DNA from: an uncultured Candidatus Saccharibacteria bacterium | Lineage (GTDB): Bacteria; Patescibacteriota; Minisyncoccia; Phycocordibacterales; Phycocordibacteraceae | Assembly: GCA_964391975.1 (NCBI GenBank) | Contig: CAYMNZ010000002.1 | Location: 12,708 to 76,707, forward strand | Direction of reading: 5' to 3' | Length of the DNA stretch: 64,000 bases | Shown here: positions 8,613-18,053 of the stretch, one piece after another | How the letters are laid out: every line of letters begins with the position of its first letter | Numbering within the stretch: position 1 is the first letter of the stretch | Notes under the pieces: generated by a model | Database searches by the model: none | The model's input: only the letters and a program-made list of their open reading frames with translations | Told to the model about the DNA's origin: nothing | Translations under genes and position numbers: made by a program

Positions 8613-9911
8613 CTAGAGCGCGGCGCGTAACTTCTCAACCACCGCCTCTACCGTTAGGCGCTCCTGCTCTCCCGTATTGCGGTCACGAACCGTGACTGTG
8701 CCGTCCTCGAGCGTATCGAAATCGATGGTGACACACCATGGCGTACCTATCTCATCCTGACGGCGATAGCGCTTACCAATGTTGCCGTTGTCGTCCCAGG
8801 CAATAGAAGGGTGCACCTTCCGTAGGGTCTCGCGCACTTCCCTCGCCTTGGCAACCAGCTCTGGCTTGTTCTTCAGAAGCGGAGAAACCATCGCCTTTAC
8901 CGGCGCAACCTTGGGTGCGAGCGCCAAGTACACACGCGTCTCTCCTCCAAGTTCGTCTTCGCGGTATGCAGAGGCGAGCACTGCAAGTACCGTGCGCCCG
9001 AGACCAAACGTCGGCTCAATCACGTGTGGGGTGAACTTCTCCTTCGTCTCCTCATCAAGATACGTGAGGTTCTCCCCGGACGCTTCCGCGTGGCGCGAAA
9101 GATCGTAGTCAGTGCGGTAAGCAAGACCATAGAGCTCTTTGCGTCCCATTGGGAAATCAAACTCGAAATCAATCGTGCGCTTAGAGTAATGCGCTCGGTC
9201 GTCAGCAGATACTTCAAGCTCGTGCACCGCATCCTTCTCAATACCCACTTCTTCAATCCACGCCCACATCTCTTTCCTCCAGTATTCAAAACGTTCCTCC
9301 CAGTCTGCTTCCTTGATGAAGTACTCGAACTCCATCAAATCGAATTCACGCACACGGAAGAGGAATTCGCGCGGTGCAATCTCGTTACGAAATGCCTTGC
9401 CGCTCTGCGCAATACCAAACGGCAGCTTCGGGTGGAAGGAATCGATAACGTTCTTAAAGTTTACAAACATTCCCTGTGCAATCTCGCCACGCAGGTAGCC
9501 GGTGGTCGTGCCGCCCTTTGCTGCTCCCATCTCAACCGGGAAGAGGAGGTTGAACTGCTTGGTAGCGCCGAGCTTCCCTCCACAATCTGGGCACTTCTCC
9601 CCTTCCACGTGGTCGGCACGGAAACGGTGCTTACACTTCTCACACTCAACCATTGGGTCGGTGAAGCCTTCAAGGTGGCCGGACGCCTTCCAGACTGCCT
9701 CCGGCATGACGATACTTGAATCGAGACCGTACATGTCGTCACGCGAGCTCACGAAGCGATTCCACCAGAGAGTCTCAATGTTTCTCTTGAGCGCAGCGCC
9801 CATCGGTCCGTAGTCGTACGTACCAGCAAGGCCTCCGTAAATCTCGGAACCCAGATAGACAAAGCCTCGGCGCTTGGCGAGGGCAACGAGCGTATCGAGT
9901 GAGACCTTCAT
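8613..9911 (-). CDS. glyQS: glycyl-tRNA synthetase (class II, alpha2 dimeric type)
   Basis: 432 aa. FVYLGSEIYGGLAGTYDYGPMG, the FRNEIAPR and GLAYRTDYDL class II motifs, and a C-terminal anticodon-binding domain. Confidence 0.9.
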   Translation of the reverse strand: MKVSLDTLVALAKRRGFVYLGSEIYGGLAGTYDYGPMGAALKRNIETLWWNRFVSSRDDMYGLDSSIVMPEAVWKASGHLEGFTDPMVECEKCKHRFRADHVEGEKCPDCGGKLGATKQFNLLFPVEMGAAKGGTTTGYLRGEIAQGMFVNFKNVIDSFHPKLPFGIAQSGKAFRNEIAPREFLFRVREFDLMEFEYFIKEADWEERFEYWRKEMWAWIEEVGIEKDAVHELEVSADDRAHYSKRTIDFEFDFPMGRKELYGLAYRTDYDLSRHAEASGENLTYLDEETKEKFTPHVIEPTFGLGRTVLAVLASAYREDELGGETRVYLALAPKVAPVKAMVSPLLKNKPELVAKAREVRETLRKVHPSIAWDDNGNIGKRYRRQDEIGTPWCVTIDFDTLEDGTVTVRDRNTGEQERLTVEAVVEKLRAAL

Positions 9912-9921
9912 ACCCCCGAGC

Positions 9922-11769
9922 TTACTTCACGCGCGCACCCGCGTCGATAGAGGGCGCGGTGGCGGTTACGGCTTCCTGAATATAGCGATCGAAGGCGGAG
10001 AGGGTCGGGCTGGTCACGATGACAGGACTTACCCCGACCTGCGAGAGGCTCGGGAGGAACGCAACCTCAAAGGAGGTTGAGCGAGGACTTGCGTGGGCCG
10101 CGAGGTCTCCAACGTTCCATGACAGCTCACGGGAAGTTGCGTTGTAAACGACCTCTGACCCACTCACGAAGCGGACATAGGACGGGAGCGTCGCCTTGGC
10201 TATAGCGCCAGCAACGGCATTGACCCCATTGCCAACCGAGAGAGTAACAACGTAGGAGGTCTCGACATCGGGGGTTGGTGGGTTGGGGCCGGCACTCCTG
10301 GAGGCGGTTGCGGTGAACGAGAGCTGACTTGCGACCTGGACGGTCCTTGAAAGCGTCGAAGTAATTTCCTCAGTCACACCCGTCTCCCCCACACGACGAC
10401 CAGCCACCGCCACGTTCACCGTAATGGAGGGATTGTGAAGCGTTGCAAGTTCGGCCGCAGATTTACTCGTGAACGTGAAGGAGCTCGCGCCACTATCACC
10501 CGGCTGCAGTGTGCGAAGTCCCGTGGTGGTATCTCGGTTGAAGACAATGGTCGTATCAGAAGAGCGGTAGAAGCCTCCACTGCTTGCAATTGATTTCTTA
10601 TCGAGCGCTGCACCGGAAAGATGAATTTCAATTTCGCCGTCGAGAATCTGCGTTGGAAGCGTGTTCTGCCAGGAGATGATGCCCTGCACTTCCGCTCCTG
10701 GCTTCACCGCAACCGAGTTCGCGTCACTACGATCAAGCGAGAGCGAGACTGCAATAAACGGACGCGTAATAGCAACGAGCGCCTCCTTCGTAATAAACGA
10801 GACGCTTAAGTCTCCCGAGCCGTCTGCCTTCGAGGTTCCGGCGGAGAAACGGAAGACGCGTTCGTCCTTATCTTGGCCGCCCAGGATGCCGCGTATAGAA
10901 ATGGTGCGCTGTTCGCCCGGCTGCAGTGTTCCAATCTTAAAGAGTGTATTGCCTACCGATGCCTGGGAGGCCCCAGTGAATGAGAACCCGAATGGGTATT
11001 CAGCGGTGATTGCGAGATTATCAATGGCTGCCGGTGCATTCGAACGTATCGTGATATCAAACGTCATCTCCTGGCCGGAGGAAACTTCAGAAAGCGCATC
11101 GACATTCACTGATACTGGCGATGTCCCGATAGTGAAGTCAAAGGATTCTTTCTTCTCGAACACCGCGTTTGAGCCTTCGGTGCGGTACTCAAGCGTCATT
11201 GGTATGGTGATGCCTTGATTCGCCTCCCCAAAGAGCGTGGCGCGTACGGTGCGCTTCACACTCTCACCTGGACCGATGGTCCCGATAGCAACTGCTTCAT
11301 GCGAGAGCGGCTGCGGGTCCTTATCTGCCGAGTACGTGCCATCGGGGAAATCAACGAGGAGTCTCGCATCAGTCAGTGTTGCCGGGTTCTCATTCTTGAT
11401 AACCAAGAACAGCGAGACCGTGTCTCCTCCAGCAATAGAGGTGGGAGGATTCTCAATCGTAATCTTTACGCGCTCGTTTGAGACAGAGCGTCCGCCCTGC
11501 ACCACGAGGAAGAACGCGACGATAAGCGCTATGAGAAAGAACCCCGCAGCACCCATAAGAAAGAGCGCGGAACGGGAGAGCCCCGGACGCTCTGGCCCCT
11601 GGGGTGCCTGCGGCTTCCCTGCTTCCTTGGTCCAGCCATGGGGCACTTTAGAGCCCTTCGCGGAAAGCGAGGAGGGATGTATATCAAACGAGGTCCCTGG
11701 GGAGTACAGCCGCTTTCGCGTCTCCTCAAGCGGCCCAGTGTCTTCTTGCGCGCCTGGCATGATACACAA
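9922..11769 (-). CDS. large membrane-anchored surface protein with repeated beta-rich (CARDB/DUF11-like) segments
   Basis: 615 aa. A single N-terminal TM helix (FLMGAAGFFLIALIVAFFLVV) is followed by a long Ser/Thr/Gly/Val-rich extracellular region with a recurring pattern. Confidence 0.55.
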   Translation of the reverse strand: MCIMPGAQEDTGPLEETRKRLYSPGTSFDIHPSSLSAKGSKVPHGWTKEAGKPQAPQGPERPGLSRSALFLMGAAGFFLIALIVAFFLVVQGGRSVSNERVKITIENPPTSIAGGDTVSLFLVIKNENPATLTDARLLVDFPDGTYSADKDPQPLSHEAVAIGTIGPGESVKRTVRATLFGEANQGITIPMTLEYRTEGSNAVFEKKESFDFTIGTSPVSVNVDALSEVSSGQEMTFDITIRSNAPAAIDNLAITAEYPFGFSFTGASQASVGNTLFKIGTLQPGEQRTISIRGILGGQDKDERVFRFSAGTSKADGSGDLSVSFITKEALVAITRPFIAVSLSLDRSDANSVAVKPGAEVQGIISWQNTLPTQILDGEIEIHLSGAALDKKSIASSGGFYRSSDTTIVFNRDTTTGLRTLQPGDSGASSFTFTSKSAAELATLHNPSITVNVAVAGRRVGETGVTEEITSTLSRTVQVASQLSFTATASRSAGPNPPTPDVETSYVVTLSVGNGVNAVAGAIAKATLPSYVRFVSGSEVVYNATSRELSWNVGDLAAHASPRSTSFEVAFLPSLSQVGVSPVIVTSPTLSAFDRYIQEAVTATAPSIDAGARVK

Positions 11770-11778
11770 AAGTATACC

Positions 11779-12312
11779 TTACAGACCGGAAGCAGCGATG
11801 CCCTGATTGATGCGTGCGATAATCTGCTTCCGATTCCCTTCAATGGAAGCTGGCACCTCTCCAGCATCAAGCCCGAGCGCGTTCACAATCCGGAGCGCGG
11901 CTAGGCACTCTGCGGCATCCTGTTTCTCCTCGTTCTCATCCTTAAGCGCGATGAGTAAATCGCGGAAGGCCCGAAAGAGTTCTGGCTCCTTTGTTTCCCC
12001 GTGAACAAGCCGCAAAAGGAGGAGCGAGATGCGCCCCGCTCGCACTCGCGCTGCAGGAGGCAGCTCTGTGAAGTGGTCTTCCACAAGCGAGGCACCTGAA
12101 AGGCGCCATCCTTCTTTTCCGTAGAGCAAGCTCGCGTCGAGCTCTGAGAGGGTCCGGAGCGCATGCGAGAGCTTTGCTCCTGATTTGCGCACTCCCTGCG
12201 CACGTGCACGAAGCAAACCAAAGTCTGCGGTGAGGAGTGTCACGAGCGCACTCGCCTCCCCGATAGACGTACGGGAGAGGACAATGGCCGGCGTGACGTA
12301 GTTAGGACGCAT
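11779..12312 (-). CDS. recO: DNA repair protein RecO (short form)
   Basis: MRPNYVTPAIVLSRTSIGEASALVTLLTADFGLL resembles the RecO N-terminal OB fold. The start at 12312 lies 10 nt after the ileS stop. The longer listed ORF would overlap ileS by about 150 nt. Confidence 0.6.
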   Translation of the reverse strand: MRPNYVTPAIVLSRTSIGEASALVTLLTADFGLLRARAQGVRKSGAKLSHALRTLSELDASLLYGKEGWRLSGASLVEDHFTELPPAARVRAGRISLLLLRLVHGETKEPELFRAFRDLLIALKDENEEKQDAAECLAALRIVNALGLDAGEVPASIEGNRKQIIARINQGIAASGL

Positions 12313-15300
12313 CGCGCGTAAGAGAGAAAGAAACGGGACCCGTTGAAAGCTCGGCGGTGTGAGGGCCACTTCCCTTAACCACTGAAACAGTATCGCGCGG
12401 TGAAAAGCCGGCGGTCTTGCGCGCTTCGGCGACCGCGCGGGCAAAGGCACGTTCATCCCCCTCCTGTACGAGTTCTGGGGTGAGCACCGTATCGAGCTTC
12501 ACCTCCGTTCCAACGACAATGTTTTTCACGTTCACTTCGTCAGCGACAATTGCTGAGAGCGCAGGTGATAGTGCTTCAGTGACCGTAAGCGTTGCAAGCG
12601 GCTGTCGCACTTTGATGTTCGCCTTCTGGCGAAGCATGAGTGCTTCGGAGGCAACCGCGCGGACCTTCTGCATATCAGCAATCAGCGCGTCCTCTTTGCG
12701 AGAGCCGAAGAACGGTTTCTTGATTTCCGGCCAGGAAGCCAAGTGCACACTCTCTGGGTCGTTGTCCTTCTTTACGTTCCTATAGAGTTCCTCTGCAACG
12801 AATGGCATTGCCGGAGCGATGACCTTGGAGAGCTCAAGAAGCACATGACGAAGCGTGCGGAGTGCTGCCTGCTTGTCTGCCTCATCCTCTCCCTTCATGC
12901 GGTCACGAGAACGCCTCAAGTACCAAGTCGAAAGGTCATCAATAAACTCGCGGTACGGGCGCACGGCACGCGGAACATCGTAGCGTTCAAGCGCGTCTGT
13001 TGCGTCCTCAATTACCTGCGTAAGGCGCGCGAGTATCCAGCGATCAAGTGGGTGCGTGCTCTTCCCCTCCCCTTCCTTAAGATCCTGCTTGAAGAGCAGA
13101 TAGAACGACAGCACATTGCGCAGCATGTTCACGACGCGCGCGTGCACATCCTTCACGTCTTCATCGCGGAACATGAGATCCTCTGCCTGCATCACGGGGC
13201 TTGAAAGCATGTAGTAGCGGAAGGCGTCAGCACCATACTGATCAAAGAGCGCGTACGGGTCCGTGTAGTTATTCTTGCTCTTAGAGAGCTTCGCACCATC
13301 CTTGGCCACCACGTTTCCGGTCGTGATGACGTTCTTGAAAGATTGGCGCCCGAAGATAGAGACGGAGATGGCGTGCATGTAATAGAACCATGCGCGCGTC
13401 TGACCAATGTACTCGGACACAAAGTCGCCCGGAGCTCGTTTTTCAAATTCCTTTTGGTTCTCGAACGGATAGTGGTATTCCGCAAACGGCATGGAGCCTG
13501 ACTCTACCCAACAGTCCACGACTTCTGGTGTGCGAGTAAGCGGCTCGCCGTCCTTCTCAAGCACTACGCGATCAAGGTATGGGAGATGGAAGTCGAGCTC
13601 GTAGTTGCGATTGTGCGGCAGCGGTACGAAGTTAAGCGGCACCATCTTTCCGCGCTCGGGGTACGGAATATCGACAATCTCCTTCGCTGTTGCCCCTCGC
13701 ACGATGCCATAGAGCATCCAGAGCGGCTCGCCGTGCGAGACGATGAGTATCTTCTTGTCTTTGTACTTCTCCTCAAGCGAGTAGAGGAAATCTCCCACAC
13801 GCTTCCTGAGGTCGTTAAGAGACTCCCCTCCTTCAGGCCCCTTCTCGAAGCGGGCGAGGTTGCTTTCTTTCGTATCCGGGAAGTGTTTGTGGAACTCGAT
13901 GAGCGTCTGTCCGTTAAGGAACCCGTGATTGTATTCCGAGAGTGCAGCATCAACGACGACCTGTTCAGGCTTGCAGCCGATGGCTTTCACGACAATCTCC
14001 GTGGTCTCGCGCGTGCGCACAAATGGAGAGGTAATAACGACATCGATATCGCACTTCTTGAGTTCCTCCGCAGCTTTGGCTACCTGTGCCTTCCCTTGCT
14101 CCGTGAGGTGTACAGGCTCCGTAGGGTCAGCGCTTATGCGACTCTCCACATTGCTGTCGGCTTCTCCGTGTCGGAGCGAGTAGTACGTATTCCCGCTCTT
14201 CTTCGTGAGCTGCTTGAGCTCATCAAGAGAACCGACCACTGTGACCTCCCCTTTCGGACTCTTCCATATAGGAAGCGGAGACGCCCAGAAACGATTGCGA
14301 GAAATGGTCCAATCAGGGGCACCTTCAAGAATGTGCTTGAAGCGTCCGTGCTTAAGATGCTCAGGCACCCACGTAATCTTCTCGTTCTCTGAAAGGAGCT
14401 TCTGCTTCACGTCTTGTATGTTGATGAACCAGGAAGACACCGCGTTGTAGATGAGCGCTGTACCACAGCGGTAACAGTGCGGGTAGGAGTGCGTATTCAT
14501 CGCACGCGCAAACATGAGGCCGCGCTTCTCAAGGTCTTCCTTTATAAGTGGTTCTGCCTTCTTGATGTACTGGCCGTGTACAAACTCAGGTGCGTCCGTG
14601 TTGTACGTACCGTTGGGGTTCAAGAGTGGGATCATCGGGAGTCCTTCCTTGAGACCGAGCGCGTAGTCATCTTCTCCGTATATGACGGCGGTGTGCACGA
14701 CGCCAGTACCGTCAGTGGTCGTGACAAAGTCTGCTGGGAGCACCATCCACTTCTTTCCTGTGTGTGCCGCTGCCTTCGCTATGGTGTAGAGCGGCTCGTA
14801 CTCAATGCCCACAAGTTCCTTCCCCACGAACTCCTTTGCCGGATTCGAAAGTCCAAGCGTCTCAGCACGCTCCTTTGCTGCAACAAGCGATACGCCGTCC
14901 TTCTCGTAGAGTGCGTATGAAATCTCCGGCCCCACCGCAAGTCCGACGTTCCCGGGAAGTGTCCACGGCGTCGTGGTCCACGCGAGTATATAGGTGTTCT
15001 CCGGAAGTCCGTGTTTCTCCGGATTCCTCACCTTGAACTTCACTGTTACCGCTTCCTCGGTAAGGTCCTTGTACGTGTTGTCCATCGCAATCTCTGCTTT
15101 GGCGAGTGGTGTCTCGCAGTGCGGACAGTACATAAGCACCTTCCTACCCTCATAGAGGCGGTTCTTCTTATGTATCTCCTTAAGTCCCCACCACACACTT
15201 TCGATGAAGCTGTTGTCCATCGTCTTGTAGGAGTTGTCGAAGTCGACGAAGCGTCCAAGGCGCTCAATGTAGCGCTTCCACTCATGCACATAATCAAGCA

Positions 15301-15667
15301 CCATCGAGCGAGCCGTCTCATTGAACGTCTCGATACCTATGGAAAGAATCTCTTTTTTGTTCTTGAGTCCAAGCTTCTTCTCCACGAGAGATTCAATCGG
15401 GAGACCGTGCGTGTCCCACCCCCAGCGCCTGCGTACCCTGTATCCGCGCATGGTCTTGTAGCGCGGGATGAAGTCCTTGGCGACCGAGGAGAGCAGCGAG
15501 CCTTGGTGCGGGAGACCAGTAGCGAACGGAGGACCATCATAGAAGGTGAACTCGCCTTTGGGGGCGGGCTTCTCAAGCGACTTCTCGAAAATCTGCTGCT
15601 CCTTCCAAAACGCGAGAACCTCTTCCTCGCGCGTGGCGACGTCTGTTTTAGCCGTAGTTTCAGCCAT
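12302..15667 (-). CDS. ileS: isoleucyl-tRNA synthetase (type 2) with an inserted histidine-phosphatase domain
   Basis: 1121 aa. HIGH-region (PPFATGLPHQGS), KMSKS variant (KLSKSKNN) and the CP1 editing region are present. Residues ~494-660 (nt ~13688-14188) have histidine-phosphatase motifs (LRHGEADSN, SPFVRTRETTE, LIVSHGEPLW) and are inserted between DWTISRNRFW and DCWVESGSMPF. Confidence 0.92.
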   Translation of the reverse strand: MAETTAKTDVATREEEVLAFWKEQQIFEKSLEKPAPKGEFTFYDGPPFATGLPHQGSLLSSVAKDFIPRYKTMRGYRVRRRWGWDTHGLPIESLVEKKLGLKNKKEILSIGIETFNETARSMVLDYVHEWKRYIERLGRFVDFDNSYKTMDNSFIESVWWGLKEIHKKNRLYEGRKVLMYCPHCETPLAKAEIAMDNTYKDLTEEAVTVKFKVRNPEKHGLPENTYILAWTTTPWTLPGNVGLAVGPEISYALYEKDGVSLVAAKERAETLGLSNPAKEFVGKELVGIEYEPLYTIAKAAAHTGKKWMVLPADFVTTTDGTGVVHTAVIYGEDDYALGLKEGLPMIPLLNPNGTYNTDAPEFVHGQYIKKAEPLIKEDLEKRGLMFARAMNTHSYPHCYRCGTALIYNAVSSWFINIQDVKQKLLSENEKITWVPEHLKHGRFKHILEGAPDWTISRNRFWASPLPIWKSPKGEVTVVGSLDELKQLTKKSGNTYYSLRHGEADSNVESRISADPTEPVHLTEQGKAQVAKAAEELKKCDIDVVITSPFVRTRETTEIVVKAIGCKPEQVVVDAALSEYNHGFLNGQTLIEFHKHFPDTKESNLARFEKGPEGGESLNDLRKRVGDFLYSLEEKYKDKKILIVSHGEPLWMLYGIVRGATAKEIVDIPYPERGKMVPLNFVPLPHNRNYELDFHLPYLDRVVLEKDGEPLTRTPEVVDCWVESGSMPFAEYHYPFENQKEFEKRAPGDFVSEYIGQTRAWFYYMHAISVSIFGRQSFKNVITTGNVVAKDGAKLSKSKNNYTDPYALFDQYGADAFRYYMLSSPVMQAEDLMFRDEDVKDVHARVVNMLRNVLSFYLLFKQDLKEGEGKSTHPLDRWILARLTQVIEDATDALERYDVPRAVRPYREFIDDLSTWYLRRSRDRMKGEDEADKQAALRTLRHVLLELSKVIAPAMPFVAEELYRNVKKDNDPESVHLASWPEIKKPFFGSRKEDALIADMQKVRAVASEALMLRQKANIKVRQPLATLTVTEALSPALSAIVADEVNVKNIVVGTEVKLDTVLTPELVQEGDERAFARAVAEARKTAGFSPRDTVSVVKGSGPHTAELSTGPVSFSLTRDAS

Positions 15668-15708
15668 AATCCTCCATCCTATCGTAGGGGGAAGGATTCC
15701 CCAAAAAC

Positions 15709-15987
15709 CTAGTTATCGATATGGGTGACGATGCGACCAGCGTCAGGCTTCCCGTGTCCCTGTATGACATGTACTTTCTGGTCGTGACTTGAATCCTTCA
15801 ACGCTCTAGTTACAGCCTCGCGGAGTTCGAGCTCGTTAGTGACTACGTACTGACGTGCATTACCGTGCTCGCCCCACGGCGCAATCAAAATCGGGTAGGC
15901 TGCCTTTTTGTCGGCAATCAACTGAAGAACCCCTTCCGCGTTCGTAGCGGAAAGCTGCTGAGGAAGTTGTTCGCCGCTCTGTTCCAT
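15709..15987 (-). CDS. hypothetical small protein
   Basis: 92-aa ORF in the same orientation between argS and ileS. No recognisable family. Confidence 0.4.
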   Translation of the reverse strand: MEQSGEQLPQQLSATNAEGVLQLIADKKAAYPILIAPWGEHGNARQYVVTNELELREAVTRALKDSSHDQKVHVIQGHGKPDAGRIVTHIDN

Positions 15988-15999
15988 ATGTAAACGATA

Positions 16000-17646
16000 C
16001 TACATCTTCGCTGGCGTCGGAATGGCAAGAAGCCAGAGACCATTCTCCATCGTGGTGACGAACGCACGGGCAACAAGCAGCTTGTACGCCTCATGCTCCC
16101 CGCCAAGGATGCGGTTGGCTGCATAGAAAGAGTTCCACTCCCCTGCCAGTTGCGTAAGGTACTGCGCCACATGATGTGGAGCGCGTTCGCGTTCAGCACG
16201 TGCAGCAACTTCTGGGAAGCGCGTAATCAGGCGCTCGATAAGATACGGCTCTGCTGGTGCGTCCTTCGCGTCTCCATCGTTACCCGCGGTCGCAAGAATC
16301 GACTTTGCGCGCACCATCGCGTACTGCAGATACGGACCTGAATCCCCCTCTAGAGAAAGGGACTTCTCAGGATCGAAGATTATGTTCGAACCGAGTGCCT
16401 GGCGGAGAATTGGATACTTAATCGCACCAAGCGCTACCTGCTCAGCAACAATCGGATCCTCGCTCTTTTCGGACACCTGCTCGATAAGATCGTTGATGAA
16501 CGTTCGTGCGGTCACCACGTTCCCTTCGCGCGACGACATCTTGCCCGACGGAAGCTTCAACATGCCGTGCGCAAGGTGCGAGGTCTTCTCGCCAAGAGCC
16601 GGGGCTACCTCTTTGAGCGCCTCGAGCACGACCATGAAGTGCCCGACCTGTTCAGTTGCAGTAACGATGATGGAAACATCTGCGGGCCAGCGCTCTTCTT
16701 TAAGGAAGGCGAGTCCAATCTCTTTCGTCTCGTAGGTGGGCGTACCCTGTGACGTGATGAACACACGAGTGTGCTTCCCCTTTTTCTCTCCCTTGTACAC
16801 GATGGCACCATCGCTTTCTTCGAAGACACCGTTCTCGAGATTCTTGCGCACGATGTCGAGACCGATAGGAGCAGTCTCACTTTCAAAGAAGTAGTAGTCG
16901 AACTTTGTGCCGAGCACTTTGTAGATTTCCTCAAACGCTGCAAGCGATACTTCCCTGCCCTTGCGCCAGAGTTCTGCGAGTTCCCGGTCTTCATTCTTGT
17001 AGATAGCCCGGTTGAGCGCATCTATCTCCGCTTTCGCATCAGGACTCTCTTCGTACGCTTTCGCTCCGTGGGTGTATGCCTTCCCGATGTCAGTAGCGTT
17101 TGCGGGCTCCAGGTTCCCAACCTTCTGCAACCCCCAAAGACACTTAGCCACGTGCGGGCCAACGTCTCCTTCGTAGTTCACATGCGAGACGGTAGCACCG
17201 GAGAATTCAATCAAGCGCGCGACTGATTCCCCAATCGCGTTACTCATGAGGTGCCCAATGTGCATCTCCTTAAATGGATTCGGGTCCGTGTACTCCATCA
17301 TCACGCGCACTCCCTCGTTTGCGGTTCCGCGCCCCCAGTCTTTTCCTGTTGCGCGTAGAATCTCGCTCGTGATGACACTCCGTGCGAGTGTGACGTTAAT
17401 GAATCCAGGTCCTGCAACCGTGACGCTCGTGACCTCCTCTTTGAGGGCCTTCGTGATGCCTGAAGCGATAGTGTCAGCAACTTCCTTAGGGTTCTTCCCC
17501 AGAATCTTGGCCACCACCAGGGCGGCGTTTATGGCGTAGTCGCCGTGAGAGTGGTCAGCTGGGCGCTCTACGGCGAAGGCAACATCGGGAGCTCCGATAT
17601 CTGCCAGTGCCGCCGCTACGACGTCCCTAATGCGAGTTTCCATCAA
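16000..17646 (-). CDS. argS: arginyl-tRNA synthetase
   Basis: 548 aa. It has the N-terminal Arg-tRNA binding region, the HIGH motif (PNPFKEMHIGHLMS) and the C-terminal DALR anticodon-binding region. Confidence 0.9.
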   Translation of the reverse strand: MMETRIRDVVAAALADIGAPDVAFAVERPADHSHGDYAINAALVVAKILGKNPKEVADTIASGITKALKEEVTSVTVAGPGFINVTLARSVITSEILRATGKDWGRGTANEGVRVMMEYTDPNPFKEMHIGHLMSNAIGESVARLIEFSGATVSHVNYEGDVGPHVAKCLWGLQKVGNLEPANATDIGKAYTHGAKAYEESPDAKAEIDALNRAIYKNEDRELAELWRKGREVSLAAFEEIYKVLGTKFDYYFFESETAPIGLDIVRKNLENGVFEESDGAIVYKGEKKGKHTRVFITSQGTPTYETKEIGLAFLKEERWPADVSIIVTATEQVGHFMVVLEALKEVAPALGEKTSHLAHGMLKLPSGKMSSREGNVVTARTFINDLIEQVSEKSEDPIVAEQVALGAIKYPILRQALGSNIIFDPEKSLSLEGDSGPYLQYAMVRAKSILATAGNDGDAKDAPAEPYLIERLITRFPEVAARAERERAPHHVAQYLTQLAGEWNSFYAANRILGGEHEAYKLLVARAFVTTMENGLWLLAIPTPAKM

Positions 17647-17666
17647 ACGAGTATAGCAAAAGCGCC

Positions 17667-18053
17667 CTAGTCCCGAAGGACCTTGATGAGCGCATATTTC
17701 TCCTTCTTCAACATGCCAAACCCGTTCTTCTCGAAGAGTTCTTTGGCGCCGGTGATGGAGAGCACCTCATATACCTTTTTCTTATCGGCGAGTGCAACAC
17801 AGGCATCAATGAGTTCGGTTGCAATGCCCTTCCCTCGAAACGCTTTGGATACCGCAAGTGAGCGAATCTCTGCAAGACGCTTGGAGTAAATGACGAGCGC
17901 GCAACAGCCAACAATACGAGCAGGCTTCCCATCTACCGCAACAAAGAATTCTGTTGTGCGCGGCAGATGATCCTGCAGCAGGATTCCTGCATGCTCGCGT
18001 ATGAGCTTATGAATGGACTTTGCGTCCTTGCTGGTAGCTTTGCGTACTTTCAT
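17667..18053 (-). CDS. GNAT family N-acetyltransferase
   Basis: 128 aa. GNAT motif A is EIRSLAVSKAFRGKGIATELI. Confidence 0.75.
   Translation of the reverse strand: MKVRKATSKDAKSIHKLIREHAGILLQDHLPRTTEFFVAVDGKPARIVGCCALVIYSKRLAEIRSLAVSKAFRGKGIATELIDACVALADKKKVYEVLSITGAKELFEKNGFGMLKKEKYALIKVLRD

Noticed and set aside
11779-12456. Full 225-aa RecO ORF starting at 12456.
   Set aside because: That start would overlap the 3' end of ileS by about 150 nt. The internal Met at 12312 sits immediately before the recognisable RecO OB-fold and 10 nt after the ileS stop, so the shorter form is preferred.
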